Assembly (NCBI GenBank): GCA_049841135.1
Contig: JASGHK010000008.1
Location: 83,272 to 147,271 of the forward strand
Direction of reading: 5' to 3'
DNA: 64,000 bases
From: Myxococcales bacterium
GTDB lineage: Bacteria; Myxococcota; Myxococcia; Myxococcales; UBA5297
In this document: piece after piece, positions 49,884 through 59,745 of the stretch
How the letters are laid out: each line of letters opens with the position of its first letter
Position numbering within the stretch: the stretch's first letter is position 1
Translations under genes and position numbers: made by a program
The notes under the pieces: model-generated
Database searches by the model: none
What the model saw: the letters and a program-made list of their open reading frames with translations, nothing else
What the model was told of the DNA's origin: nothing

Positions 49884-49984
49884 CCAATCCAGAGGCGTGG
49901 AAGCCGGGCACTACCCAGCCGCGCCGCAGACGAACGACTCGGGAGGTGGCCCGGCGTGGAAGCGCGTGGAAGCCGGCACTACGC

Positions 49985-50705
49985 CTATTTGGTGGCGACG
50001 TGGATGGCCACGATACCCATCGACAGCTTCTCGTACTCGACCTTGGCGAACCCGGCCGCACTCAGCTCCGCGGCGAGCGCCGGCGCATCGGGGAAGGCCT
50101 GGATGGAGTTGTGCAGGTACTCGTACGCCGCCCGGTCGCCGGCGATGCGCGCTCCGAAGACGGGCAGGATCTTGCGGACGTAGAGCCAGTAGACGGGCTT
50201 GAAGGGCGCGAAGCCGGGGTGGGTGCAGCTCGAGCACCACGTAGCGGCCGCCGGGCTTGAGCACCCGCTTGACCTCGGCGTAGTTCGCGGGCCGGTCGGC
50301 GAAATTGCGCAGGCCGAAGGAGACGGTGACCGCGTCGAAGCTCGCGTCGGCGAACGGCAGGCGGGTGGCGTCGGCGATGGAGAAGGTGATCCGCTGTCGG
50401 GCAGCCGCGTCGTCGATGCGGTCGATCTTCTTCTTCCCACCGATGAGCATCGCGGCGGTGAAGTCGCTGGAGACGACGAGGCCCGGCTTGGCCTGCTGGG
50501 CGAGCGCGGCGGTCAGGTCGCCGGTCCCGGCGGCGAGATCGAGGACGCGGGCGCCTTCGGAGATGGCTGCCAGGCGCACGGCGCGCTTTCGCCAGGCGCG
50601 GTCGAGTCCCCAGCTGGCGATTCCGTTGAAGCGGTCGTAACCGCCGGCAATCTTCGTGAAGAGGGCTTGGACCTTCTCGGGCTCGGCTGAGTGCTGGACG
50701 TTCAT
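49985..50705 (-). CDS. ubiE: demethylmenaquinone/ubiquinone methyltransferase UbiE/MenG, apparent +1 frameshift in the C4 run near 50212-50215
   Basis: KVQALFTKIAGGYDRFNGIASWGLDRAWRKRAV...VLDLAAGTGDL (SAM motif)...FDAVTVSFGLRNFADRPANYAEVKRVLKPGGRYVVLELH. Shifted frame continues PGFAPFKPVYWLYVRKILP...LSMGIVAIHVATK, matching the UbiE C-terminus. Confidence 0.8.
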
Positions 50706-50759
50706 GGGGCGGGCAGGCTGGCGCGTGCCGGCCCACCCGTCAAGGACCCGGATTGGCGA

Positions 50760-52568
50760 TCAGGGGCTTGCCGGAGCGCCTACGGCTTCTTCCCCTACCA
50801 CGCGTCTCCCCTGAAGCCGCTGGCGCAGCCGCTCCCGCTGCTCGATAAGCTCCTGCGGCATGGTCCGCGCGAGCTTGTCGAACAGGTCCTGCTGCAGCTC
50901 GACCTCATTCGCCCACTCCTCCGGACTGAAGCGCAGCGCCTGGCTCAACTTCGACCGGTCGACTTCGAGGCCGTCGGTGTTCAGGTCATCGATGGAGGGG
51001 ATGAGGCCGGCCGCGGTCTCCTCGGCCCTGCCATGCCCGCGCACGCGGTCGACGATCCACTGCAGCACGCGCATGTTCTCGCCGTATCCCGGCCAGAGGA
51101 ACTTGCCGTCGTCGCCGCGCCGGAACCAATTGACCATGAACATCTTCGGCGGCTTCGCGATGCGATCGCGCATCCGCAGCCAGTGCGCGAAGTACTCGCC
51201 CATGTCGTAGCCGCAGAACGGCAGCATGGCCATCGGGTCGCGGCGCACGACGCCGACCGCACCCGCGGCCGCGGCGGTGGTCTCCGAGGCGAGCGTCGCG
51301 CCCAGGTAGACGCCGTGCGACCAGTCGAAGGACTCGAGCGCCAGCGGGATGGTGTCGCTGCGCCGCCCGCCGAAGATGATGGCCGAGATGGGCACGCCCT
51401 CCGGCGCGTCGGCCTTCGGATCGAGCACCGGGTTGTTGCACATCGAGCTGGTGAAGCGGCTGTTGGGGTGCGCCGCCTTCTCGCCGGTCTGCGGCGTCCA
51501 TGGCCGCCCCTGCCAGTCCGACAGGCGATCCGGGGCCGCTCCGTCCTTGCCCTCCCACCAGACCGTGCCGTCGGGCGCCTCGGCGACGTTGGTGTAGAGG
51601 GTGTCCTTCCCGATGATCCGCATGGCGTTGGGGTTGGACTTCTCGTTGGTGCCGGGGACGACGCCGAAGTAGCCCGCCTCGGGGTTGACCGCCCACAGCC
51701 GGCCGTCGGGCCCCACGTGCATCCAGGCGATGTCGTCGCCGACGGTGAAGACCTTCCAGCCGCCGAAGCTCTTGGGCGGCACCAGCATGGCGAAGTTGGT
51801 CTTGCCGCACTGGCTGGGGAACGCCGCGGCGACGTAGGTCGTCTCGCCCGCCGGGCTCTGCACGCCGAGGACGAGCATGTGCTCGGCGAGCCAGCCCTGC
51901 TGCCGGCCAAGCCAGCTGCCGATGCGCAGCGAGAAGCACTTCTTGCTCAGCAGGACGTTGCCGCCGTAGCCGGAGCCGAAGGACCAGATGGTGTTGTCCT
52001 CGGGGAAGTGGCAGATGAAGCGGCGGTCGGGCTGCAGCTCGCCCAGCGAGTGCAGGCCGCGGTTGAACTCGTTGGAGTCCCCCAGCGCGTCGAGGGCGAC
52101 TCTCCCCATCCGCGTCATCAGCCGCATGTTGAGCACGACGTAGACCGAGTCGGTCAGCTCCACGCCCACCTTGGACATCGGCGAGCCGACCGGGCCCATC
52201 AGGTAGGGCACGACGTACATCGTGCGCCCGCGCATGCAGCCGTCGAACATCGGCGTGAGCTTCAAGTAGGCGTCGCCGCGCTTCATCCAGTTGTTGGTCG
52301 GGCCGACGTCGTCGCGGTTCTCGGTGCAGATGAAGGTGAGCTGCTCGACGCGCGCCACGTCGTTGGGGTTGGAGCGGTGTAGGTAGCAGCCGGGCAGCTT
52401 CTCGTGGTTGAGCGGGATGAGGGTGCCGGCGTCCACGGCCTCGCGGGTGAGCGTCGCGCGTTCCTGCTCGGAGCCATCGCACCAGATCACGTGGTCGGGC
52501 TTGGTGAGCTTGGCCGTCTCGTAGACCCACTTGGCGAGGTACGGATTGGTCCAGGGCGTCGAGTCCAT
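50760..52568 (-). CDS. pckG: phosphoenolpyruvate carboxykinase (GTP)
   Basis: 602-aa PEPCK-GTP. P-loop AAFPSQCGKTN. FGSGYGGNVLLSKKCFSLRIGSWL. NNPVLDPKADAPEGVPISAIIFGGRR. GGAGG RBS upstream. Confidence 0.92.
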   Translation of the reverse strand: MDSTPWTNPYLAKWVYETAKLTKPDHVIWCDGSEQERATLTREAVDAGTLIPLNHEKLPGCYLHRSNPNDVARVEQLTFICTENRDDVGPTNNWMKRGDAYLKLTPMFDGCMRGRTMYVVPYLMGPVGSPMSKVGVELTDSVYVVLNMRLMTRMGRVALDALGDSNEFNRGLHSLGELQPDRRFICHFPEDNTIWSFGSGYGGNVLLSKKCFSLRIGSWLGRQQGWLAEHMLVLGVQSPAGETTYVAAAFPSQCGKTNFAMLVPPKSFGGWKVFTVGDDIAWMHVGPDGRLWAVNPEAGYFGVVPGTNEKSNPNAMRIIGKDTLYTNVAEAPDGTVWWEGKDGAAPDRLSDWQGRPWTPQTGEKAAHPNSRFTSSMCNNPVLDPKADAPEGVPISAIIFGGRRSDTIPLALESFDWSHGVYLGATLASETTAAAAGAVGVVRRDPMAMLPFCGYDMGEYFAHWLRMRDRIAKPPKMFMVNWFRRGDDGKFLWPGYGENMRVLQWIVDRVRGHGRAEETAAGLIPSIDDLNTDGLEVDRSKLSQALRFSPEEWANEVELQQDLFDKLARTMPQELIEQRERLRQRLQGRRVVGEEAVGAPASP

Positions 52569-52769
52569 GCGCTTGCTTCCTCCGTCGCGAACGAGGCGTC
52601 GCCGTCGCAAAAGTCGCGTGCGGGAACGTTAGGGCTGACGCCGGAACTGGTTCGGCAGAGGGCAAATGCACGGCGGCGTAGCCGGGTTGCCTTCCCGCTC
52701 AGGGGAGACAAAAGGCCACGCGCCGGGCGCGCGGCCCGCTGAGCAGGAACGGATGGGGGGAGCGGTTCG

Positions 52770-53600
52770 TCAGCCGATGACGACCAGGCGCTGCGGCCGC
52801 ATGGCGGTGAAGCCGACCTTGCGGCAGACGGCGGCGAGCCCGACGTCCTTCTCGTCCACGCGCATGGTCACGTGCTTGACCGCGCCGAGCATCATGCGGC
52901 TCAGCTGGCCTAAGACGTTGGTGGCGTGGCCCTTGTGGCGGTCGCCGGGCATGGTGAACAGGCCCTCGAACTCCACGCCTTGGCGGCTGCGCACGCCGAC
53001 GTCGACCTTCACGATGGTCCGGCCGTTCTCGACGTAGACGTAGGTGCGGCCGGCCGCCACGCGAGCCTCGACGCGGCGCAGCAGCAGCGCCGGCCCGGCC
53101 GCGGTGGGGTCTTCGCCGACCGACTCCTTGATCGCCGCGGCGCTCATCGACAAGAGGTCCGGGATGTCCGAGGCCTGGGCGACGCGCAGACCGGCGAGGA
53201 CGAACGGCCCCAGGTCGTCCGCCGAGGCGGCGAACAAGCGCTGGGGGCGCGACCAGCGGGCCGGGCCACAGTTCGCCGCCCGGAGCAGCGCGTCGACGGC
53301 CGAGCGCTCGCCCAGGACGCTGCGGAAGCGAACGCGACCAAGCATGGCCCGACCGAGCTCCGAGGCCGCACCGGGGTCGAAGACGCAAGGCAAGGTCAGG
53401 CCGCCGCGCCCGCCCAGGACCGCCGCGCCGACGAGCTTGCCGTCCTCGACGAGCCCGAAAGCGGAGACGCGGGCGTCGTGACCGGCCGAGAGCGAGTGCT
53501 CCTCGAGCATCCCCAGGGCATAGAGGTTCTGCACCGGGTCCTTGGCGAGGTAGGCCCTCAGCTCTTCGATTCGCTCTGCCGGAAGCTCGATGACCTGCAC
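52770..53600 (-). CDS. GNAT-family acetyltransferase with N-terminal DUF4081-like region (start uncertain, GTG 53600 proposed)
   Basis: C-terminal GNAT block YVYVENGRTIVKVDVGVRSRQGVEFEGLFTMPGDRHKGHATNVLGQLSRMML...VCRKVGF. Confidence 0.55.
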   Translation of the reverse strand: MQVIELPAERIEELRAYLAKDPVQNLYALGMLEEHSLSAGHDARVSAFGLVEDGKLVGAAVLGGRGGLTLPCVFDPGAASELGRAMLGRVRFRSVLGERSAVDALLRAANCGPARWSRPQRLFAASADDLGPFVLAGLRVAQASDIPDLLSMSAAAIKESVGEDPTAAGPALLLRRVEARVAAGRTYVYVENGRTIVKVDVGVRSRQGVEFEGLFTMPGDRHKGHATNVLGQLSRMMLGAVKHVTMRVDEKDVGLAAVCRKVGFTAMRPQRLVVIG

Positions 53601-53836
53601 GAGCGCGACCGTACCGCGCCTACGCGAGCCGTCGCAAGCTCGCAGGGCTGACTTGCCCTCGCTGGCTGCCAGGCCTGAAACCCGCCAAGCGATGGAATTC
53701 CGGGCACTTGTTCTCCAGCCTGGTCCACGACCGACAGCCCGGCCGGGGTCTCGCAATCGTCCCTCTCGCAAGCAGGCCTCGCGGCGTATATTCCTTCGGC
53801 CTGTCGCTGGAATAGCCCTCGTGCCTGGCCGTTGGG

Positions 53837-56800
53837 ATGGCGGCCGTCTCGAGAACCGCGGGCCACGCCGCCCGTTTGAAGGACCGATTGCTCGACCCGC
53901 AGCCCAACGCTCCGTCGAAGCTCCCGCCGGGCCTGCCGACGTCCGCGCCTGGCGTCTCCGCGGCCGAGGAGGCCCAGGCCATCGCCGCAGTCCGCGACCT
54001 GCTGGATCGCGCGCGGAAGCGCCAACGCACCCTGTTGCGGCTGACCGCCGGCCTGCTGGTGGTTACAGGCCTGCTTCTGCTCGCCCCCGCGCTGTTCGGA
54101 CTCGCCGCTTCTGGCTTTGCCGCGGCCCGTCCCCTGGCGCTGGTCGCGCTCGTCGCGGCGGCGTTGGTGTACGGCTGGCAGGGCGTCTGGCGCGTGCGCC
54201 GCGAAGTGGGCGATCCCTCCGCGACTGCGCGCCTGCTCGCGACCCGGCTGGACTCTCCAGAGCTGCGCCGGGGTCTATTGCCCGCCTTCGAGCTCTCGCG
54301 TGAGTTGGCGCAGCCCCACGTCGACTTCTCCCGCGCGCTCGCCCGCGCGCACATCGGCCAGGTCGCCCAGCACGCCCGGAGGGCCAGCCTCGAGAGCGCT
54401 TTGCCCGACCGGCCCGTCCGGCTGGCGGGCCGCGTCTTCTTCTTCGCGGCGCTCCTCTTCCTGGTGGCGATCGCGCTGTTCCGCGGGCCGATGTCGCGCG
54501 GTGCCCGGCTCGTCGCCTTCGGCCAGGAAGCGCCGGCGACCAAGGCCGCAACGTCCGCCGAGCCGGTGACCGGGGACGTGGAGCTGACGTACGTCTATCC
54601 GGCCCACACCCGCCTCCCCAGCCGCACCCTGCCGAACACCAACGGCGAGATCTCGGCGCCCAAGGGCACGCAGGTGCGGCTCAAGACCCGCGCCGACCGC
54701 GAGGTCGAGAAGGCCTTCGCCCTGGTCGGCAACACGGCCCTACCGCTCGAGGTCCAGCACGGTCGCGATCTCTCCGGGACGCTCGTCGTCGAGTCCGCTG
54801 GGAGCTACCGCTTCCGCCTCGTCGGCGCGCGCGGAAAGGTGCTCGCCGAGGGCCCGCCCATCCCCATCGCCATCGAGGAGGACCTGCGGCCCAAGGCCAC
54901 CATCGTCGCGCCCATGGCTGACATCGAGGTCGACCCGAAGTCCCGCGTGGAGCTCCGCTACGACGCGGAGGACGACTTCGGCGTCTCGGAGCTCGCGCTG
55001 CTCTTCAAGCTCCCGGGCGCCAGCAAGGCCGAGCGCGTCATCCTCCAGCGCTCGAAGGACGCTCCCCGGCGCGCCAGCGGCAAGTACGACTGGGACCTCG
55101 TGGCGCCCTCTCTCTCGCCGGGCGACACCATCGCGTACTACCTCGAGGCCACCGACAACGACGAGGTCTCGGGAAAGAAGACCGGCGTCTCCCGCACGCA
55201 ATACCTCAAGATCTTCAGCGAGGCCGAGCACCACCGGAAGCTGGTCCAGAAGATCGAGGCGAGCTGGGAGAAGCTGGTCACGCTGCTCGCCGACCGGCTG
55301 GAGAGCGCCGAGCGCAAGCCCGACGGGCGCACGCCGGAGAAGATCCTCGGCGGAGCGACGCTCGACTCGCGGGCCCTGGCCTTGGCCGCGGAGCTGAGCG
55401 ACCTCTCGGTCTCCCTGCGAAAAGAGAAGTCACCCGACCAGCTCTGGCGAGCGTTGGCGCTGGTCAGCGCCGGCTTGAAGGAGAAGGCCACCGCGACCTT
55501 CGACGCGCGCACCGGCGCCGCCAACTGGCTGCGCCGCGGGGCCGCCGTGGACTCCGACCCCGTCCGCAGGGTCTCTCGCGCCCTGGAAGCGGAGATCGCC
55601 GAGGAGGAGAAGGACGTCCTCTACCTCGAGGCGCTCGTCGACCAGCAGCGCATCGCCGACCTCGCCGCGCTGAGCAAGGAGCTCGTCTCCAAGCGCCGCG
55701 AGCTGGCCGACCTGCTCGAGAAGTACCGCGCCGCCCCGGACGAGGCTGCCCGCGACCGGCTCATCAAGGAGATCGCCCGGCTCAAGGAGCGCATGGGCGA
55801 GCTGATGAAGCGCATGGCGGAGCTTCTCCAAGTCCATCAACGACGAGCACTTCAACGCCGAGGCGCTCCAGGAGATGGGCGAGTCGCAGCAGATGATGGA
55901 CGTCTTCGACAAGCTCCAGGAGCTGCTCCACCAGGGCAAGGTCGAGGACGCGATGAAGGAGATGGAGAAGCTGGGCCAGATGCTCGACAAGCTCGAGCAG
56001 AACCTGAACAAGGCCAGCAAGGAGAGCCAGGGCGGGCAGTACGACCCCTTGGCCAAGGACGTCGCGCAGTTCGCCAAGGACCTCGACACGCTCCAGGAGG
56101 ATCAACAGCAGCTGCTCGAAGACACGCAGAAGGTCCGGGAGCACTACAAGCAGCTCCTGCAGGACCGGCTGGCCCAGAAGGGCGCCGACTTCGTCGAGAA
56201 GCTGCGCAAGAAGGCCGACGAGGCGCGCAAGAAGCTCGCGGAGATCAAGAACCCGCGGGCCTTCTGGCGCGAGGACGAGCTCAAGCACGCCAAGGAGCAG
56301 ACCGAAGACCTCGACAAGGCGCTCGCGGTGAAGGACTTCGACCAGGCCGCGGAGTCCGCCGCCAAGGCGCTGATGTCCGCCGAGCAGGCCTCCGACGACT
56401 TCGAGCGCGCAGCCCAGGACGCTCGCCGCTACCCGCAGGCCTTCCAGGAGGAGGCGTCGCTGGCGCAGAAGAACGCCCGCAGCGCCAAGAGCGCCGTCCA
56501 GCCGCTCCAGGACATCAAGCGCGAGCTCGACAGCCTCCAGCCGCCGCCCGCCGCGGCGATGAGCGAGCAGGACCGCCAGGCGATGAAGGACATGGCCCAG
56601 CGCCAGGGCCAGCTGCAGCAGAAGGCTGGCCAACTGCGCCAGAAGATGGAAGACCTGAACCAGCAGGCGCCCCTCTTCCCGCAGGAGGCGCAGGACATGC
56701 TGCAGCAGGCGGGCGGGCGCATGCAGCGCGCTCAGACCAAGATGCAGGGGCGCGATCCGACCGGCTCGGTCGCGGAGGAGCGCGCCGCGCTCGATCAGCT

Positions 56801-57082
56801 CGGCGGCAGCTCGAGAAGGGCCTGCAGAAGCAGCAGGGCGGGCAAAGCCAGGGCGGCGGACAGCCGCTGCCGTGGCCGTGGAAGGGGCCGGGCCAGGAGC
56901 CCAACTTCGGCAACGACGACGGCGAGGGACGGCAGAACGACGAGAAGGTCGAGATCCCCAACGCCGACCAGTACACGGTCCCGGAGGAGTACCGGAAGGA
57001 CATCCTCGACGCGATGAAGCAAGGCGCGCCCGAGAAGTACAAGGACCAGGTCAAGCGCTACTACGAGGAGATCGTGAAGTGA
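53837..57082 (+). CDS. large membrane protein of unknown function, about 1070 aa, read through two frameshifts (about 55826 +1; about 56805 -1)
   Basis: N-terminal TM helices, then a long extracytoplasmic region, then Gln/Glu-rich coiled coil (MGESQQMMDVFDKLQELLHQGKVEDAMKEMEKLGQ...), then the conserved-looking C-terminus ...QYTVPEEYRKDILDAMKQGAPEKYKDQVKRYYEEIVK. Confidence 0.45.
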   Translation: MAAVSRTAGHAARLKDRLLDPQPNAPSKLPPGLPTSAPGVSAAEEAQAIAAVRDLLDRARKRQRTLLRLTAGLLVVTGLLLLAPALFGLAASGFAAARPLALVALVAAALVYGWQGVWRVRREVGDPSATARLLATRLDSPELRRGLLPAFELSRELAQPHVDFSRALARAHIGQVAQHARRASLESALPDRPVRLAGRVFFFAALLFLVAIALFRGPMSRGARLVAFGQEAPATKAATSAEPVTGDVELTYVYPAHTRLPSRTLPNTNGEISAPKGTQVRLKTRADREVEKAFALVGNTALPLEVQHGRDLSGTLVVESAGSYRFRLVGARGKVLAEGPPIPIAIEEDLRPKATIVAPMADIEVDPKSRVELRYDAEDDFGVSELALLFKLPGASKAERVILQRSKDAPRRASGKYDWDLVAPSLSPGDTIAYYLEATDNDEVSGKKTGVSRTQYLKIFSEAEHHRKLVQKIEASWEKLVTLLADRLESAERKPDGRTPEKILGGATLDSRALALAAELSDLSVSLRKEKSPDQLWRALALVSAGLKEKATATFDARTGAANWLRRGAAVDSDPVRRVSRALEAEIAEEEKDVLYLEALVDQQRIADLAALSKELVSKRRELADLLEKYRAAPDEAARDRLIKEIARLKERMGELMKRMAELLQVHQRRALQRRGAPGDGRVAADDGRLRQAPGAAPPGQGRGRDEGDGEAGPDARQARAEPEQGQQGEPGRAVRPLGQGRRAVRQGPRHAPGGSTAAARRHAEGPGALQAAPAGPAGPEGRRLRREAAQEGRRGAQEARGDQEPAGLLARGRAQARQGADRRPRQGARGEGLRPGRGVRRQGADVRRAGLRRLRARSPGRSPLPAGLPGGGVAGAEERPQRQERRPAAPGHQARARQPPAAARRGDERAGPPGDEGHGPAPGPAAAEGWPTAPEDGRPEPAGAPLPAGGAGHAAAGGRAHAARSDQDAGARSDRLGRGGARRARSARRQLEKGLQKQQGGQSQGGGQPLPWPWKGPGQEPNFGNDDGEGRQNDEKVEIPNADQYTVPEEYRKDILDAMKQGAPEKYKDQVKRYYEEIVK

Positions 57083-58936
57083 GGACCTCCGCGCTCATCG
57101 CCTCGGCAACCTTCCTTGCGCTGCTCGCCCCGTCCGTCGCCGCCGCCGATCTCTCGCTCAAGGCCGGCTACGCCGAGCTCGAGGCCTGGGATACCGCCGG
57201 AGCGCGCAAGCTGGCCGACGAGCTGATGTCGAAGGCCCCGGACGACCGGGAAGCCCTCGCCTACGCCGCGCACGTTCGCTACGAGCAGGGCGACTACTCC
57301 GGCGCTCTCCAGCTCATCGAGAAGAGCGGCATCGACGACGAGTTCGCCCAGCTGGTGCGGGCGACGGTCAAGGAGCTCAAGGACCACCGCTCCCGCGAGA
57401 GCGAGCACTTCGTCATCTACTACCGCGAGGGCAAGGACGCGGTGCTCCCGCCCTACGCGCTCGACGCGCTCGAGCGGCAGCGCACGGCCCTCGCGACCAG
57501 CCTGGGCTACATGCCCCCAGGCAAGGTCCGCGTGGAGGTGCTGGACGACATCCGGTCGCTCTCGCGGCTCTCCACGCTGACCCTCGAGGCCATCAAGACC
57601 AGCGGGACCATCGCCATCTGCAAGTTCGACAAGCTCATGATCACCAGCCCCAAGGCGCTGGTGCGCGGCTACGACTGGCTGGACACGCTCTCGCACGAGT
57701 ACACGCACCTGGTGGTCTCCAAGATGAGCCGCAACACGGTGCCCATCTGGATCCACGAGGGCCTGGCGAAGTTCTTGGAGTCCTCCTGGCGCGGCGCGCC
57801 CGGTCTGGCGCTCTCGCCGGCCTCCGCCAGCCTGCTCGCCGACGCGCTCAAGAAGAGCAAGCTCATCCCCTTCGAGCGGATGCACCCGTCGATGGCGCTG
57901 CTGCCGTCGCAGGAGGACGCGGCGCTGGCCTTCGCCGAGGTCTTCACCGCCATCGAGTTCCTCTACGGCAAGGGTGGCAACGTGCTGCTCGGCAAGATCA
58001 TCGACAACCTCAAGGCAGGCGAGCGCTACGACGTCGCAGTCGGCAAGGCCACCGGCGGCACCTTCGCCAAGTTTCAGAGCGACTGGATGGCCTACCTCGC
58101 CAAGCGCGAGTTCCCTCGCGAGGTGATTCCGCTCTCCTCCGAGAAGCTCAAGTTCAAGGACGACGCCGACAAGGAAGAGAAGGCCAAGAAGGACAAGGGC
58201 GCCAAGGGCGAAGAGGACCTGCGCTTCGGCGACTTCCTGGAGATCGAGGACGTCGAGGGCCGCAAGCTCGCGCACCTGGGCGAGCTCTTGCGCCAGCGCG
58301 GACGCACCGCTGCCGCCATCGAGGAGTTCGGCAAGGCCTATACCCGGGTCGGCGCCCGCTCTCCTGCCCTCTCCAACCGTTATGCCCAGGCGCTCATCAA
58401 GAGCGGCGAGTTGCCCAGGGCCGAGGAGATCCTGCTCTCCAGCCTCAAGCCCTATCCCGGCTACCCGCGGACCTTCCAGAACCTGGCCGAGATCTACATG
58501 AGCACCAAGCGGTTCGCCGACGCCGAGCGCTCCTTCTTGGAGGTCGTCAGCGTCGACCCGTTCGAATCCGCTCCCGCACGCGGGCCTCTTGCGCATCTAC
58601 AGCGACCGCAAGGACGAGGCCCGCGCCACCCGCGAGAAGCAGGCGCTGCAGATCCTGATGGGCAAGAAGTCCGACGTCCCGACGACCGCGACCGTCCGCG
58701 TCAGCTGCCACCCGCTCGCGCGCATCTTCGTCGACGGCGTCGACACCGGGAAGACGACTCCGGCGGCGCTGGAGCTCGCGCCAGGTTCGCACCTCATCAA
58801 GCTGGTGAACGACGAGCGCGGCTTCACCCGCGAAGAGCCGGTGGAGGTCGGTCCGGGCGACGAGAAGGAGCTCGACATCCAGGTCGACGGCGACGCCGCC
58901 CCGGTCTCCGCTCCGCCCGACACGGCCAAGAAGTAG
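57079..58936 (+). CDS. secreted TPR / zincin (peptidase-MA-like) / PEGA-domain protein, apparent +1 frameshift near 58575
   Basis: GTGA overlap with the upstream gene. Signal peptide ALIASATFLALLAPSVAAA. LSHEYTHLVV...WIHEGLAKF zincin motif. TPR units. After the shift: HAGLLRIYSDRKDEARATREKQALQILMGKKSD, then PEGA (ATVRVSCHPLARIFVDGVDTGKTTPAALELAPGSHLIKLV). Confidence 0.6.
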
Positions 58937-59098
58937 CCCGGCCCGTCTCGAGACGTTCCCCTCCAGGCCAGTTGTCCCGCGGCGCGACGCAGCCCTGCGC
59001 GGTCTGCCTGCCTCTCCCCGGTGAAGTCCCCGTGGCATGTGCGCTGCAATCGCACCTGACCTCGCACGGGCGTGGACGGTGGGCTCAAGGGGGCGACG

Positions 59099-59745
59099 AT
59101 GCTGGCGACGGTGAAGTCGGGCGCGTTGATGGGCGTGGATGCGGTGGTGGTGGACGTCGAAGTGGACATGGCCTTCGGAATGCCGTTCTTCGCCATCGTC
59201 GGGCTTCCCGACAACTCGGTGAAGGAGAGCAAGGTCCGGGTCATCTCGGCCATCAAGAACTGCAGCTACGAGCTGCCGTCGAAGAAGGTCACGGTCAACC
59301 TGGCCCCGGCGGACATCCGCAAGGACGGCACGGCGTTCGACCTGCCCATCGCGCTCGGTGTCCTCGCCGCAGCCCAGATCGTCGAGCCCGAGGCGCTGCA
59401 GTCGCACCTCTTCGCAGGGGAGCTGGCGCTCGACGGGAGCATCAAGCCCATCCGCGGCGCGCTCCCGTTGGCGGTCGCTGCGCGCGACGCCGGGCTCAAG
59501 GGCATCTACGTGCCCAAGGAGAACGCGCGCGAGGCGTCGGTCGTCGAGGGCATCGACGTCATCCCGGTGACCACCTTCCGTGAGCTCGTCGAAGCCATCG
59601 ACTCCGAGGAGCTGATCACGCCGTACCCGCGCGAGCTCGCCACCAACGCCAGCCACGCCAGCGACTCGGTCGACTTCACCGACGTCCGCGGCCAGGAGGG
59701 CGCCAAGCGCGCGATGGTGCTCGCGGCTGCAGGGGGCCACAACGC
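59099..59745 (+). pseudogene. comM: comM/yifB (Mg-chelatase-like ATPase) 5' fragment, truncated at about 59743 by an inserted element
   Basis: MLATVKSGALMGVDAVVVDVEVD...VGLPDNSVKESKVRVISAIKNCSYELPSKKVTVNLAPADIRKDGTAFDLPIALGVLAA...FTDVRGQEGAKRAMVLAAAGGHN aligns with YifB/ComM up to just before the Walker A. Reading then continues as AFLLGPFALPRLPARR... (not ComM) in lower-GC DNA. Confidence 0.8.

Larger units (their letters stand above)
47234..49981. mobile_element. IS4-family (IS50/Tn5-like) insertion sequence with two ORFs; boundaries approximate
   Basis: 20-bp terminal inverted repeats gtagtgccgggcttccacgc (47234-53) and gcgtggaagccggcactac (49963-81). Nested about 75-bp direct subterminal repeats (47296-47424, 49896-49960). 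An 11-bp direct repeat ggcgacgtgga at 47221-31 and 49994-50004 is a candidate target duplication. Confidence 0.65.
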
